From positions 95,976,001 through 96,040,000 of the forward strand of contig OZ287749.1 in assembly GCA_965649765.1 (NCBI GenBank): DNA of 64,000 nt, given 5' to 3'. The notes beneath the pieces were generated by a model. It saw nothing but the letters and a program-made list of their open reading frames with translations, had not been told where the DNA came from and did no database searches. The position numbers were made by a program, and so were the translations under genes. The stretch is from Bispira polyomma. Its lineage: Eukaryota. Positions 50,761-63,322 of the stretch are shown here, in pieces (position 1 is the stretch's first letter; every line of letters starts with the position of its first letter).

Positions 50761-52044
50761 TTGCAGCTACAATAAGCTACAATAAGCATTCAACATGTTG
50801 AAGTATGATGTATTAAAAGTGTTATAGGGTTATTTTGTAGAATGTATTTTGGAGTAAAGCCAAAAGGTTGTTGTCTGAAAATCAGTGAATACACTATAAA
50901 ACCCGGTAAGTTCTATTTACTTAAAATGAAAAGTGTGAACTGGTGCATTGTTTTCATCTAAATTTTTTTTTGTGGGAATGAATAAATATATTGTGTTCAC
51001 GTTACTATGAACTTTAATGGAATTAACTCAAAACTATCAGTAGGAAAACAGCTTTGGTAATGCACTACCCCAAAATGCTTGACTAAAAATTACCATAACA
51101 TTTGAGTTAGTACAAATGAATCGATCTAATTTGTTGTTTCGGAAACCAAAAAAGCTATGGTAAAGCAACCACAACACTAAAAAATATTTTAAATGTATTA
51201 TCAACAAGCATCAAAAAAGCATATCTAGTATTAAAAGTATTTGTATTTCATTCTAAACAGTAATCAAAAAGGGATATTACCTAACTTCCATGCCAAATGA
51301 CACTTCCGGTTTATGCTTAAGGACAGGAGAATACCTCAAATTTTTTGTAATGACTATCTAATTAAAGTTACTCATAATATTAGGTTTCCATTACTTGTAT
51401 TTTTAAGTGGTTATATCATCAAAGCAAAGTGACTCAATCTGATTAAACGTCTGGTGTACCCTACATAATGTGAACTTAAATAATTTGAGTGAACATGACT
51501 TTGGTCATTTTACTTATAAGCCTTGGGGGTTGTCTTCACTTCCAGTTTGTAAGTAAGTAACCGATACTTAGCAATTTTAATTTATATGTAGCACCCGGTT
51601 TTACAGTAGTTATAATTAAATTGATTAACTGTTTTCTGGAACTTCAATGAAAGAATAAATGTTAGAATCACAGCAACTTCCAGTGTAATCCAATATTATT
51701 GTATTTTTGACAGGGTTGCAGCCTGCTTAGCAGAGCCAGTTCCGATATCAAATTTCTATGCAAAGGATAAAGCTGTGTGCTTGGTACTTGTAAACTTGGT
51801 ACATATTTCTATGTTTTTCAATAAATTGATGTTGATATATTTATGAAGTCTTTCTTTAAGGGCAACTATTAGAGACATATATAGATATATTCATGACAAC
51901 ATTAGCACGCTACAATAGAAATTAACAACAGAAATAGCTTGCAGCATTTTTTTTGGTCATTGATGTTGTATCTTTGAAAACAATAGCTGCTGTCCAAGTG
52001 ATACAATTCCAACGGTGTATTCATATAAAAGATTGCCCTTTTAA

Positions 52045-53398
52045 AACTGCACCAATAATACCCACCAGTCAGCCCACAGAAAATTCCATTCAACCGAAAC
52101 GGTACTTCTAAAAATTGCCAGTGACATTAATATGATCTTAGATAGGGGTGGCATAGTTGCCCATACACTTCTCGATTTGTCTGCTGCGTTTGACCTAATA
52201 CACTACAAGATACTTTTCTGAATGCCTTAATTCTTGGTTCAGACTCGGTTCTTCAATGAATTAAATCCTATCTTGAATGCAATGATCAAATCATTAGGGT
52301 CAATGAAGTTAAGCCGTCTCCCTTTGATCCTGTTTGGTGTCCCTCAAGGTTCTGTCCTAGGGCCGCTTCTGTTTTTACCGGGGACTTCTCCCCTTGCAAG
52401 TATAATATCCTTACACTACAATATCAGCTATCACTTCTATGCAGATGAAACACAAATTTACTGTTCCCTCACTCCCAAAACTTGTTCCCAGGTCCTGGAA
52501 CAGCTTTCTAGCTGCCTGTCTTCGATTGAATCTTGGATGAGTAATTCAAAATTGAAACTCAACCCTGACAAAATTGAATTTCTACTCATTGGTTCCAAAC
52601 ATCAGAGGGAAAAGGTTCTTGATTTTTTCCTACTACTCTACTTGGTAATAGCACTGTTCCTGCTGACAGTGCGAAGAACCTTTTTTACTTTTGACTCTGA
52701 CTTCTTCTAAAAAATGTCTTAAATATCGGTCATTTCTGCTACTGCGACTTTCATAGGATCTGACGGCATTTAACCTAAGAAATGCCATTGCAGTAGCAAA
52801 TACCCTAGTATCTAATCTACTTGGTTACTATAACTCACTACTATATAAAATTGGACAGGACCAAATAAACAAGCTACAGAAAATTAAAAATAATATGTGT
52901 AGAATAGTAAGCCATGCTGCCACTCACACAACTCCCCTGCTTAAACAATTACATTGGCTATCTATTGTGTTCTATATTAAATTTAAGGCAATTGTCCTCA
53001 TCTTTAGGACAGTCCATATACATCAACCTGCCTACTTATCATCTATGCTGTCTCTCAGCAATCTCACCAGAGGTAATCATCTCTCCACCTCTGGTTTCCT
53101 ATCGAAAAAATCAGATGGTTCAAAATCATTCTTAGTTGCAGCACCTGCTGAGTGGAATAGCTTCCTTACCAGTATTTAGACTGAGACAAGCATCACAGGG
53201 TTCAGAAGAATGCTCAAACACATCTGTAACAGCTCGCTTTCCCGCCCTAGCATTCATCTGATGTTCACGACTGAATCTCTGATCACAAACCTTTTCCTGT
53301 CTATTAAAATATCCTTTTGCACACTTACTAGGATATGTGCCAGAGAATGCCTGGTCATCGATTGTGGCGCTATAAAAGTAAAACATTAACATTAATAC
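52045..53398 (+). mobile_element. 5'-truncated degenerate L2-clade LINE
   Basis: [53 protein letters not shown]; tail of ACATTA-like repeats. Confidence 0.88.
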
Positions 53399-53475
53399 TA
53401 ACTGGGCAAAACGTTTTAAACAACTCTAATATTTGTGGCCTGTGTACTATATATTAAAATGTTAAATGCCGTGTC

Positions 53476-53545
53476 ATTGGCGAAACTGTTTTTAAGCTAG
53501 TCCAATAAAAACATGAGTAACAAGTAGTGACGTCACCGGAAATCT
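53476..53545 (+). promoter_or_regulatory. Putative proximal promoter of the reticulon-like gene
   Basis: ATTGG (53476-53480), CCAAT (53502-53506), palindromic CRE GTGACGTCAC (53527-53536) and adjoining ETS-like CCGGAAA, about 110-170 bp upstream of the ATG. Confidence 0.5.
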
Positions 53546-53645
53546 TTCCCCATTTTGACATATACTTGTGGAAGTTGTGAACGAGGTTATATTGCCTATA
53601 AATTTTGTTGTAAAGACCTGCTCTTATATATTTACAATTGACAAA

Positions 53646-53937
53646 ATGGCAGAATTTGATCCATTAGCAAACACACACGATGCCAATTTCGAAAACGATT
53701 TTGAGAAGCTGGACGCCATGAATTCACCCCAAGAAGAAACAGTTTCGTCCACCCAGAGTGAAGTGCAACCCGAACCTTCGGAAGATCTGGACACAGCTAA
53801 AGTTTCGAATGAAGCTGAGCCTACCATGGAACCATTGTTAGATTTCGGCGAGGCAACGGCCCCGTCTGTTGCTGCTGAAACTGCACCGCCAAAGCCCGCT
53901 TCGCCCATAAAGCCAACCGAAGGCCAGCAGTCAAAAG
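53646..53937 (+). CDS. Probable reticulon, first coding exon (acidic/Pro-rich disordered N-terminus); gene continues past the window
   Basis: CAAAATGG start, MAEFDPLA...NDFEKLD...EPLLDFG...PPKPASP, phase-1 donor G|GTAAAC. Splices in frame to the 62970 exon. The reticulon homology domain itself is not in the window. Confidence 0.7.
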
Positions 53938-54294
53938 GTAAACGCATTGGTAATATAAGCCTATTCAGCGTTTCAAGCGTGCATGTCCAACTCGGGATAA
54001 ATAAAAATATGTGAGCAATAATGACAGAGGATGTCCAAATCTCGCACAATGTTGGCCATTCCTTTCACTTCAGATATCAATATAAATTAAAACAATTTAT
54101 ATAACGTAATAATATACTGCCTTCCGAGGTATTATCAGCAAGAAGACATTATCGTCATCACAGAAGTTTACATACAGTGTTAAGGTCCTGTTTTGAACCG
54201 AAGACAAATGGAAATTGACGAAGAAAAGAATCGAAGTATGTCACATACACAATTGGCGATATATCAATATATTACCATAAAGACAACTTTTTAA

Positions 54295-55931
54295 GGAATG
54301 CTAACCTATTTCATAAAATATGCGAACATATCACATAATAATTAAAGTAAAAATAATGTAATTAGTAGGTCCTGTCATTTTTGTTGTTGATACAACAGTA
54401 TGTAGCACATCGTTGGCGCTTCTGCCCTGCCCGAGTCATTTGCCCAAGGCAAGTATATTTCCTTATATGGAAGTTGTTACTTCCCGGTGCTTTCTACGAT
54501 GATAGCCGACCTTATTTGCATAAAATTCTTTAATTGTCGCTCGCATACACGTGGCTGGTCATTTTCGTTGACGATAATGTCTATTGATTTACGTGTGACT
54601 CGCAACCACGGTAACTTGCGACCATCATCTCGCACCCAAAACTCGCGATCACTTATCATTTTTAATATAATTACTGTAACATCTGCGGACCTTGTTTTTT
54701 ATTAAGTCCGTGGTTAATGTATACCTCGAAAGTGAAGCATGTGTCTGTGAGCGATAATGATGTGATTGAACATTGACCCTTGACTCGCCATAGAGTCGCC
54801 AACATATATTACCTTATATCCAGCCCCTAATAAAATATTTAAATGAGGAATTCACGGAAAATGCCGAAGACGTCTTTTTTATCAATAGTTTTTAGTACTG
54901 GCCGTCATATGCTAGGTTTTATTTGCTAGGTTTTATTTTTAATATTAACACATGTACCTTATTAAAACTTAAATATTTTAACCATTTCTCAACCGATTTT
55001 GATGCAACAAAAAGCACAATAATGCCAACAAAATAGGCTTTCTGTTTTAATTAGTGTAATATAATGTATAATTACGTGTCTATATTTATGGTAACAATAA
55101 TGAATATAAAGAAATAGGGGATATTAACAATATTATTTGGGTGCGAGTTGATGGTCGCGAGTTGCCGTGGTCGCGAGTTGTTTGTATACCATGTCTATTG
55201 TTTACAAATGGGAAAAGTCAGCGAAAAATCAATATTTAAAGGTAAAAACTCATCTTTTTAAAATAAATAACTTGAAACAAATGATACCATAAAATGTATT
55301 CAACTCTCATTTATTAATAGAGCCAATTTTATAATTTTCCAATGTTTCGTTTTGAAAATAGAAGCACTTTTACAGTAAACCCATGCAATAATACCTTGCA
55401 AGGCAGTAGGCAATCTTGTTTTCTACGGGAAGGTTTTGATGAGAGCTAATTTTAGCAATTTTTGTATGTTATATATCAATTAATTTAAGAAAATGTCATT
55501 ATACGTTTTGTTGTACTGCCTCGCAAGGTATTATCGGAAGGGTTTGTTGTAAAAGTGTTTTTATTTTCAAAATGAAGCGTAAAAAAATTATAAATTTGGA
55601 TACATTGATGAATGAGAGTTAAAGATATATTATGGTATTTTTTGTTCTCGCGTTATTTCTTCTGAAAAGACAATATTTTAGGGTAAAGTATTTGTTTATT
55701 GGTCACTTTTCCCGTTTGTAAACAATGGACATTATCGTCAACAGAAATGATGTGCCATGTGTATATGAGCGATAATAGAAGCATTTTACGCAAATTAGGT
55801 GAAGTATCATTGTACATTTTGTGAGGGAAATCTTTGTAACAGTGATCTAATTGAAGGCAAGTTATATACTTATATTTGCTTCAGCAAATATGTAAAATGT
55901 ACGCATATTTTATCAAATGGGTTAGGATTCC
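54295..55931. mobile_element. Kolobok-like non-autonomous foldback element with long TIRs
   Basis: TTAA-GGAATGCTAACCTATTT...AAATGGGTTAGGATTCC-TTAA. Arms pair as 54295-54335/55890-55931, 54500-54585/55725-55810 and 55191-55410/55513-55733. Confidence 0.7.
54586..55190. mobile_element. Mutator-like MITE nested in the foldback arm
   Basis: 9-bp TSD ATGTCTATT (54577-54585, 55191-55199). TIRs are built of ACTCGC(A/G)ACC repeats (54597-54640 vs 55137-55180). Confidence 0.7.
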
Positions 55932-57489
55932 TTAAAATATGTAGAAATATGTAGTCTGTTGGGTAATGTAGCAGGCCTATGTATTTTCAAATCTTGATTA
56001 TATTGTGGTAGCTGTATACAACAATTTTAATTATATTTTATAGTTAATACCTTTTAAATGATGAATGATGACCATTTTAAGTCCATTTTTACTTGTAAAC
56101 ATATTTAGGTGTTTTCACTTCTGGTTTTATTCAGGCAGGTTTTAAATTTGGCAAATTCGTTCCGGTTTCTTCACAAATTTCTTGGTATATCCTGATATCG
56201 GCCAATATTGAAGTAATTTTTACGTTCGATATGGATGTACATCAAACCTAACGATTTACCCACTATTGATAATGTCTATTGTTTACAAACAAGAATGGTG
56301 AGCGATGAAAAGTATAACTGTAAAAACTAAAACGCCATCATTTTAGAGGAATTAATTTGAAACAAATGATACTATAATACATCTACAGCTCTTGTTCATT
56401 TACATATCTAATTTTATAAAAATTTTAATGCTTCATTTTGAAAATACAAGCAGCAAAACCTGCCGATAATGCCTCACAAGGCAGTAACCTTTTTTATTAT
56501 GCCAATCTGTTTGTCATGCTCTTGATTATTAAATATCACAATATTTCTATTTTATATCTGCAAATAATGGAAATATTTAATGTTTTGACAGAGGAATTTG
56601 TTTTGTTGTTTGTGTATACATGGCCCCAGAATTTGATGATCAAAAAAATAGTTCATATTTCCTGTTTGCTTTAAAAATCATCTGCATTTTGTTGATAAAC
56701 TTGACAGGACAGACATTAAAAGACATATACATGTTAATTTGTATTACTGAAGTCTGTAAATTGCTTTACTTTCAACTACTCCACAAGGTTTTCTAATTAC
56801 AATGTAAAACTTGGTCATTAATATGAGAGAAATTGGTTCATTAATTTGTTATATGTTACATTACTTCAGAAAGGAAGCATGTGTAGAGGAGAAATAATAA
56901 AGTGATTTCATGCAAATTAGGTAATCTGTCATGGTAAGCACCCAGAAGTACCAACTTCGATATAAGGATACCTAACTGCTTCAGACGTTTGACTTGGGAA
57001 AAGCTGCCAACATCGGGCTTCGTTTGATAAAATGATAAAAATTTAATCAAATATTAACTTATGTATGCATAATTTAGCAACCTAGTTACCATTTCTTAAA
57101 TGGTTGTAATGGTTATAATCAAGTTTTCACCTGTTTTCTTATAGTTTGTAATAGTTGGCGGTAAAGTGAGCTTCTATTTAAAAACAAAGAGTTACAATAG
57201 CAGATCAGTAAAAATCACCATTTTAAATAATCAAAACTAACATGAACTGCTGACCCTGGACTTCATGTACACAAACGATATACACAGAACCCATTTGCAG
57301 CAGTTTTGTGTATGGTTTAATTGACAGATTAAAATATACTTGATTTTGCTTTAATTTCTTCTTAATTGCTTCAAACTCAAGTAGACTAACAAAAGACAAG
57401 TCTGTTAATTGCTTATATGATGTTAATTGCTGATGTGATGTTAATTGCTTGGTCATATATCACACACAGTTTAAGGGAGTTCTGTCTAT

Positions 57490-57567
57490 GCTCTTAATAG
57501 GGGTAATAGGCTCTTAATAGGGGTAATAGGCTCTTAATAGGGGTAATAGGCTCTTAATAGGGGTAAT
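57490..57567. repeat. 20-bp tandem repeat, ~3.9 copies
   Basis: (GCTCTTAATAGGGGTAATAG)n, perfect copies with no spacers. Confidence 0.95.
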
Positions 57568-58957
57568 TTAAGTCTGTGGCTGATATATACCTTGGAAGTG
57601 AAGCATGTGTTTGTGAGCGATAATGAAGTGATGTTGTGCAAATTAGGCCATCTATCATCATAGAAAACGCCAACAAGCACCAACTTCCACATAAGGATAT
57701 TTAACCGTCTTTGACTCGGGGAAAAAACAAAAACGATGTGTTACATTTGATAAAAGTGATTTAAATTAATCAAATATGGGTTCCGGGTTTCATATATATG
57801 GTAAAATATATATACACGGAAATAAATTTAAATACCTTTGTGTAGATAACCTCACGAATTGTAAAATTTAGATACTGTGGATGCCTGTCCAATTATCTGG
57901 TTACCAATGATTATTAAAAACCAGTCCGACTGCCACATGAGAAATGCACCACCCAATGTGACTGCAAGTGCATGGTGTTCTAAGTTGGCACCACTTTGAC
58001 ACATAAACATACAATCTGGCTATTCTACTTCATTTGACATGCGTTTTAACCACAAGTTTGGAGGATGCATAGGTCATAGTCATATGACCAAAATATGGTC
58101 CAGCAAATGCACATGTTAACACAAACATAAAAATTTTCATAAAGTTAAATGTTGCTTATTTATAGTCATGGGTTTTGCTGAAAGATTTTTGCTCTACATA
58201 TTTTAACTCTTATGATATGTAAGACCTACACGATTTATTTCTAGACTTGAAAAGTTGTAAAACCATTATGTATGTTTGTATTGACATTATTGTCTAACAC
58301 AAGGTTTTACAATTAAAATCTAGATTAAAATTTTTAATTTTTGCAAGCGGAGTTAACATCCGCCTGTGACATATGTCATTTGTTTAGTCTTTAAGATATT
58401 TCTCAGCACAAGGGCAGTTAGGGCACCCATAAGAAACCGTAAAGTAAGGCATGCTACACTGGTGTAATTATTTCAGATGTTAACAACGACCTATAGATTA
58501 GTTGTAAAACCTTGTGTTAGATATATTATAAATACAAAGTTACACGTTGCCAGCTTAAAAGTAAACATACTATGTGAATTGGGTGTGATATAATTGTTTC
58601 ATATCTACATCTAGTAAATAATTCCTATGTGTAAAATCCTTTATGTAGTATCTTCATAATTGAAATAAAAATTAGGTTTTGCAATTGAGCAATGGTAAAT
58701 TTTTGTTTTTGATCATATGTTTAATATCATAGTTGTCCATTTAGCTATTTTACGCGAGGATTTGAGGTGAAAATCTTAATTTTCTCATTTACATTAGCAA
58801 CCTTAAAAATTTAGTAGGAGGTTTCTATAGGTTCTCTCTGAAACTTCAAAAAAAGTACTATTTTTTATCAATTCTCTTATGCCCTGTTCGGGTAGTTCTC
58901 TGAAAACAATGACAGAACTATATTTTCAGTATTATATAGCAATTATTTAATACTTTA

Positions 58958-59936
58958 CAGGCTTGAGTAAAACCCGGGTTTTATGAGTATTGCCCAGCCC
59001 AGCGGGAAAACCCGGGTTAACCCAGGTTTTACTGGGCAATACTGAGCAATATATAAATGCCCCAAAAATATGTGTGTTAATGAACTTTAAGACTTGAGTG
59101 TGCATTAAGTTATTGTTGTGGTCCCTACACTGACAACAAATTATTGAATTTGATTAAAAAAAAACATAAAAAAAACTTTAAAGAAAATATTTTTAGAATA
59201 AAGCTAAAGAATATATTAAGAATAAAGCAAAATTTATCCAATTTGATATGTATGCTTTAAAGCATTGTATAAGTCATACAATGAAGACTTACAAACTGAC
59301 ACACACATACACAAACAAAATAGGCATTTTCAAACAATTGCTTCAACAAAAGAATTTCCCTGTTCTAGGCTATTTGGTTATATTAATGGCAATGTACTTG
59401 TGAAACACAAACCATATTCTAAATCTATCTTACCTCAAACCTTGCACTGAATTGAGTTGAGTGGCTAATCCTTTCTGTCACAAGATACATTTTACTTGAC
59501 ACTTTATGTGGGATTACACCATGCATGTCACACAAGATACATTCCTACTTCAGTACTGTGGCTTCATAGCTTTTAACTATTTAAATATTGTGCTTGTCAC
59601 TGTACCATTTATTATGATAATTTTACACTTGTGCTCTATATAAAGGGAGAAAATTGCAATTCTTCACAAGTTTCCATAAACTGCTAAGTTACAACTTGTG
59701 GGTGAATCTACATAAAGAATGTGAATAAAAAACATTATTATTGAAGGTCTTTTTTAAATAAACAATAGCACTGCCCACATTTCTTAGTATTACCCACCTT
59801 TTGGAGTATTACCCCCCCTATTTTGGAGTATTGACACTTTCAGGAGTATTGCCCACTTAGGGGTATTGCCCAGTACGGGTTAACCCGGGTTTTCCCGGGC
59901 GGGTAATACCCGGGCGGGTTTTTCATCTCAACCCTG
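58958..59936. mobile_element. Non-autonomous hAT element
   Basis: TIRs CAGGCTTGAG / CTCAACCCTG, 8-bp TSD ATACTTTA (58950-58957, 59937-59944), and subterminal AACCCGGGTT and GTATTGCCC repeats. Confidence 0.9.
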
Positions 59937-59970
59937 ATACTTTATATAAATTTTCACATGTACTGTAAAG

Positions 59971-62041
59971 CAGGGTTGGCACTATGATTTTTTAAAGTGG
60001 GGTTTTTTGGACCCCACCTCTTATAAAAAGTGGGGTCCCGGACTAGCTTTCATGCATCCGATAGATATTTATCATTATAGTGACAAACACAGTAATTTAA
60101 ATATAAGAAATACGTAATGTTTTATTTCTACACTGATCAAACAACAGAATATAATAACATAACATATTGCATTTGATATTGCGCGTTTTTACAATTCTGT
60201 TTCAAATGCGCATTTTCATGAAAGTCTACTTGTAATACTTGTCAAAGAGATATTTCTTAATTTTTTTCCTAAACAGTTTTAGATTGTTACAGTCCTTGAT
60301 GTTGCAGGGTAACCCATTCCACAATGATGGGCCGCTCACACTGAATGATCTTGATGCAAAAGTGTGTCGGCTTGTTTTAGGTACAAGAAGATTGTTTGAG
60401 AAAGTTGAGGATCTGAGTCCTTCTCTAAACACTGGTTTTTGAGTCAGCAGGTTTTGCAAATATTCTGGAGCATTTCCTTGCAGGCAATTGTATACAAGCA
60501 CCATAATTTTGAATTTAATCCTGGCAGCAATTGGTAGCCAGTGAAGTAGCTTTCTGGATTCAGTCGAGCTTTCATATTTTGTCCTGTTAAGTACTAATTT
60601 GGCAGCTATATTTTGAACTCTTTGCAATTTCTTGATTGAGTTTTGTGGTAAACCAAACAGTACACTATTGCAAAAATCGAGATGTGACATTACTAAGCCT
60701 AGAACTAGTGTGTGTGTTGCTTCCGTTGTAAGGGTGGATCTGATGTTTCTAATTCGGTGAATGTGTAGCATAGCTACTTTGCATTTATGGGTAATGTGTT
60801 GTTTGAAGTTGAGGTGCTTATCTAAATAGACTCCTAGATACTTAATGTCAGCACTTGAATTAACCTCTTCACCATTCACTTTTAAACTATGTAAGAAACA
60901 TTTTCTGAGTTGCTTTGGATGGCCAAACAGGATGAATTCAGTTTTAGAGCTGTTCATTTTAAGATGGTTGGAATCCATCCACAATTTTATATCCTCAGCA
61001 CAATTTTCTAATGATCTAAGAGTGGTGGCTTCAGCTGAGATGTTGTTGGCTGAGAATGACAATTTGATTGCATGGTCGTCTGCATATCTGTGCAGTGACA
61101 TATCAGCTGGAACTACGTATTTCAGGGTACTTGCATAGCTAGAGTAGAGAGTTGGACCCGCACAACTGCCCTGTGGTACTGAGAAATCTAGTGGCGTTTT
61201 ATTAGAATAGCTTTTACCTATGTTCACACAGCATGATCTTGGGTTTAGATAGTTATTGAACCATTTCAGAGCACTTCCAGATACACCATATTGTTTGGAA
61301 TCCATCCACAATTCCCGGACTAGCTTTCATGCATCCGATAGATATTTATCATTATAGTGACAAACACAGTAATTTAAATATAAGAAATACATACTGTTTT
61401 ATTTCTACACTGATCAAACAACAGAATATAATAACAAACCAATGTTAGCCATGAGATTTAAAAATTTAAGTCAAACACTACAAATTAGGTATTTCTACAT
61501 CTAAATATATAATTTAACACCAAACAAACAAATGTTACCCATGAAATTTTACCAAACATCTAACAAATCAGCTATAGCTTAAAAAAGAAAAATAATTCTC
61601 CCCAAAAATAAGCTGTGGCTTTGTGGTATAATTGGATAAAACAAGTCGATTGTGAAGCCTTATTGACCATTAAGTTTCATAAATATAATTTAAAATAAAG
61701 TTTAGATACTTAAACTGTGAATTAAAATAAGTTGGGCAATTTTCGTATCACCCAGGCCCTAACAGAATTTTAAATGAATTTCTAATGAGTTTTAGAAACT
61801 ACCCATTCAAAACGCCATGACCGGAAGAACCAAATCAAAACATCGAAATCTGCCATTTTTGCTAGATCGCTTGAAACTGTGATTGAACTTCAAAATATAT
61901 AAAAATTAAAAGGGGAAAATGGCGATTTCTTACTTCTAAATAAATTCTGCGTCCTAATGGACGCATTGTATGTTTTAATTTGCGTCCGCTTACGAAAATT
62001 CCGCGTTTTTAGATACTCGGATGGCGTAAGCGCGAACCCTA
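59971..62041. mobile_element. Non-autonomous hAT element interrupted by a LINE
   Basis: TIRs CAGGGTT / AACCCTA and 8-bp TSD CTGTAAAG (59963-59970, 62042-62049). Confidence 0.8.
60160..61312 (-). mobile_element. 5'-truncated L2-clade LINE; RT C-terminal half is open (361 aa)
   Basis: SVPQGSCAGP, YADD, LKMNSSKTE, KYLGV, SHLDFCNSVL, LQRVQN, LHWLP; short 3'UTR with a (TGTTA)n tail. Confidence 0.92.
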
Positions 62042-62138
62042 CTGTAAAGGTAAGAATACCTTTAAATAATAATGCAATCAGGCCTGATCAAAGTGACCAG
62101 TTACTATGTTTATGGTAGCTTATAGCTACTAACTAGTA

Positions 62139-62309
62139 CAGTAAAACCTCTATTATCCGAATATTTGATTTTACGGACTCAATTTTATGCTCCCAAATTT
62201 ATTTTTTGCTATTGTTTTATACTAAAATGCCCCTTCTATTTTACGGACCTTCTATTATCCAAACAAAATCCCACTCTCCCAACTGAGTCGTATAACAGAG
62301 GTTCTACTG
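62139..62309. mobile_element. Tc1/mariner MITE (same family)
   Basis: TA-CAGTAAAACCTCTATTATCCG...TAACAGAGGTTCTACTG-TA. Confidence 0.8.
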
Positions 62310-62969
62310 TACTTGCCAGTATTAAATGGAAAAATGTTTGATATATAAACAAATCAAAGTTCAAGGTTCATGGACTTCAAAAAGTCGTAATACACATACC
62401 AGTAGTATTGCAGTCACTGGGAGCTGATATAAAGAGATCTGGAGATACACACAGAGAGATAAGGTCACTAGTGTTGGTGGACTTACCTTTGTTGATTTAT
62501 AGTCCTAGATATTGTCAAAATCTTATTGTCGTGTATAATCTTCTGTGTACTTGACAAGAAGTTGACAAAATATGGTTTACATTTGATATTTTTGTGTTTT
62601 TATGGTCAATGTGATAAAGTATGTGTGAATTAAGCACTCTCCCCTGTAGTGAATAGATTCGTTTGGTTTTGTCTTTTTAAGAAACTGAATGCCTTATTTT
62701 TGGCAAAATATAATTGTCAAATCAGAAATGTACACAGATCACAGGTACTTAAAAATCCTCCTTGATCTCTCCAGATAATTTTGAAGGGCTGTATTAATTT
62801 GGAATATCTGGGGTCAACTTGAGTGGAGACCAGTTATATATACATGTTACATATATCTTCAAATAAATAGAATACTGACCAGAATATTTTGGTTAGTTGT
62901 AGATATTATTCTGATCTAATGCTTGTATTTTTGGTGACTAAATTCTGATGGATTTTCTGTTTGTTTCAG

Positions 62970-62999
62970 AATGCTGGGTGAAGAGTATAGATCCAAGAG
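62970..62999 (+). CDS. 30-nt microexon of the reticulon-like gene, (E)CWVKSIDPR(x)
   Basis: Acceptor TTTTCTGTTTGTTTCAG, donor G|GTATGT, phase 1-1. W..IDPR resembles, from recall, the segment just before the reticulon homology domain (V.DL.YWRD) of invertebrate reticulons. Confidence 0.65.
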
Positions 63000-63170
63000 G
63001 TATGTATACAAAGCTGTTCTGTTTTTCTGTTTGTTGTGTTTAAATGATTGTGTAAATATCAAATAACTTAAATATCACCAGGCTGGACTTCATGATTGAT
63101 ATTTTGAAGAGATCATAGTGTTTAAACTTTAAAGTGCTTTACTTGCAACAGTTCAATTGTAATCAGAGTA

Positions 63171-63322
63171 CAGTCAAACCTCTATTATCTGAACTTCTAT
63201 TATCTGAATATTTAATTTATGACCCTTGATTTATGTCAAATGCCACTTCTATTTTATGAACTTTTTATTATCAGAACAAAATCTTGCTCTCCCAACAAGT
63301 TTGGTTCATAGAGGTTCTACTG
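63171..63322. mobile_element. Tc1/mariner MITE (same family)
   Basis: TA-CAGTCAAACCTCTATTATCTG...CATAGAGGTTCTACTG. A further degenerate copy follows at ~63340-63540. Confidence 0.75.

Noticed and set aside
53568-54014. 148-aa single-exon ORF as listed in the track
   Set aside because: The GTG start is unlikely in an animal. The ATG at 53646 has a good context, and the frame past 53937 is intron read-through.
57490-57567. CRISPR-like array
   Set aside because: Head-to-tail 20-bp repeats with no unique spacers, in eukaryotic intron DNA with no cas genes.
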